Shown in pieces: positions 63,590 to 64,000 of a stretch of 64,000 nucleotides of DNA. A program made the translations under genes and the position numbers. The number at the start of each line of letters is the position of its first letter. Position 1 is the stretch's first letter. The notes under the pieces were generated by a model. It worked only from the letters and a program-made list of their open reading frames with translations, was not told the DNA's origin and ran no database searches. Origin of the DNA: an uncultured Gammaproteobacteria bacterium. Its GTDB lineage: Bacteria; Patescibacteriota; Microgenomatia; Levybacterales; GWA1-39-11. The stretch is taken from positions 395,060 through 459,059 of the forward strand of contig CAYRKM010000001.1 in assembly GCA_964425075.1 (NCBI GenBank), in the 5' to 3' direction.

Positions 63590-64000
63590 CGGTGATTGAC
63601 AGTATTTTGTCTCCGATTTCGATTTTATCAACAACATCCATTCCTTCTTTTACTATTCCAAAATTTGTGTACTGACCATTCAAATGAGGACTTGCAATTT
63701 TTGTAATAAAAAATTGTGAGTCATTTGAAATTCGAATATCAGCTGGTGTTCTGGCTATTCCAAGTGAACCCCTTGTAAATGTTCTGGTTGATATTTCAGT
63801 TGGCATATCTCCTCCTCCTGTCCCATTTCCTTTAGGGTCTCCACCCTGAATTACCCAATTCTCAACTCGGTGGAACGTGAGGTTTTTATAATATCCCGTT
63901 ATTGCTTTTGTAATAAAGTTTTTAACTGTATTTGGCGTTTCCTTTGTATAAAACTCAATTTTTATTGCTCCTTTTGTGGTGTTAATTGTTGCCTGCGTTG
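63582..64000 (-). CDS. Cyclophilin-type peptidyl-prolyl isomerase (5' end beyond window)
   Basis: Manual extension upstream of the listed ORF gives ...FHRVENWVIQGGDPKGNGTGGGDMPTEIS...SQFFITKIASPHLNGQYTNFGIVKEGMDVVDKIE. The frame stays open to the window edge. Confidence 0.8.
   Translation of the reverse strand, partial: TQATINTTKGAIKIEFYTKETPNTVKNFITKAITGYYKNLTFHRVENWVIQGGDPKGNGTGGGDMPTEISTRTFTRGSLGIARTPADIRISNDSQFFITKIASPHLNGQYTNFGIVKEGMDVVDKIEIGDKILSITVN

Noticed and set aside
1-64000. tRNA or rRNA genes in intergenic spacers (25500-25946, 40096-40397, 44174-44276, 61398-61464, 62265-62473)
   Set aside because: No GGTTCGAATCC-type T-loop or acceptor-stem pairing, and no rRNA-like conserved stretches, were recognisable by eye.

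Overview
Low-GC (~35%), gene-dense bacterial segment that is probably from a Candidate Phyla Radiation / Patescibacteria-like Gram-positive-type organism. The grounds are a short IF-2, an AlaRS lacking its C-terminal domain, sortases with LPXTG substrates, an AMP-phosphorylase homolog and a mix of Shine-Dalgarno-containing and leaderless genes. 

Core housekeeping genes present:
- nusA-infB-(DHH-family)-rpsO-pnp
- rnj, ftsK, rodZ-like, pyrF/pyrE, nth, alaS, mltG
- rpoB-rpoC-rpsL-rpsG

Other notable content:
- A membrane-anchored Clp-type ATPase.
- Two divergent efflux modules (RND+MFP; ABC ATPase+FtsX permease+MFP).
- An accessory surface-protein locus (17.4-25.5 kb). It encodes four paralogous secreted tandem-repeat proteins with near-identical signal peptides and CC/CxC motifs, one carrying LPATG, together with a sortase and an RTX-like beta-roll protein.
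- A ~0.9-kb GC-rich island (22853-23760) inserted in that locus. It carries three small minus-strand genes with strong SDs (a DUF4177-like protein, a 2-TM protein and a 55-aa protein) and an 18-bp direct repeat in two 5'UTRs. It is probably horizontally acquired and is of unknown function.
- Several promoter + hairpin + T-run leaders directly abutting start codons (upstream of nusA, of rpoB and of the ORF at 16125).
- A second sortase locus at 46.9-49.9 kb.

No rRNA, tRNA or CRISPR was detected by eye.
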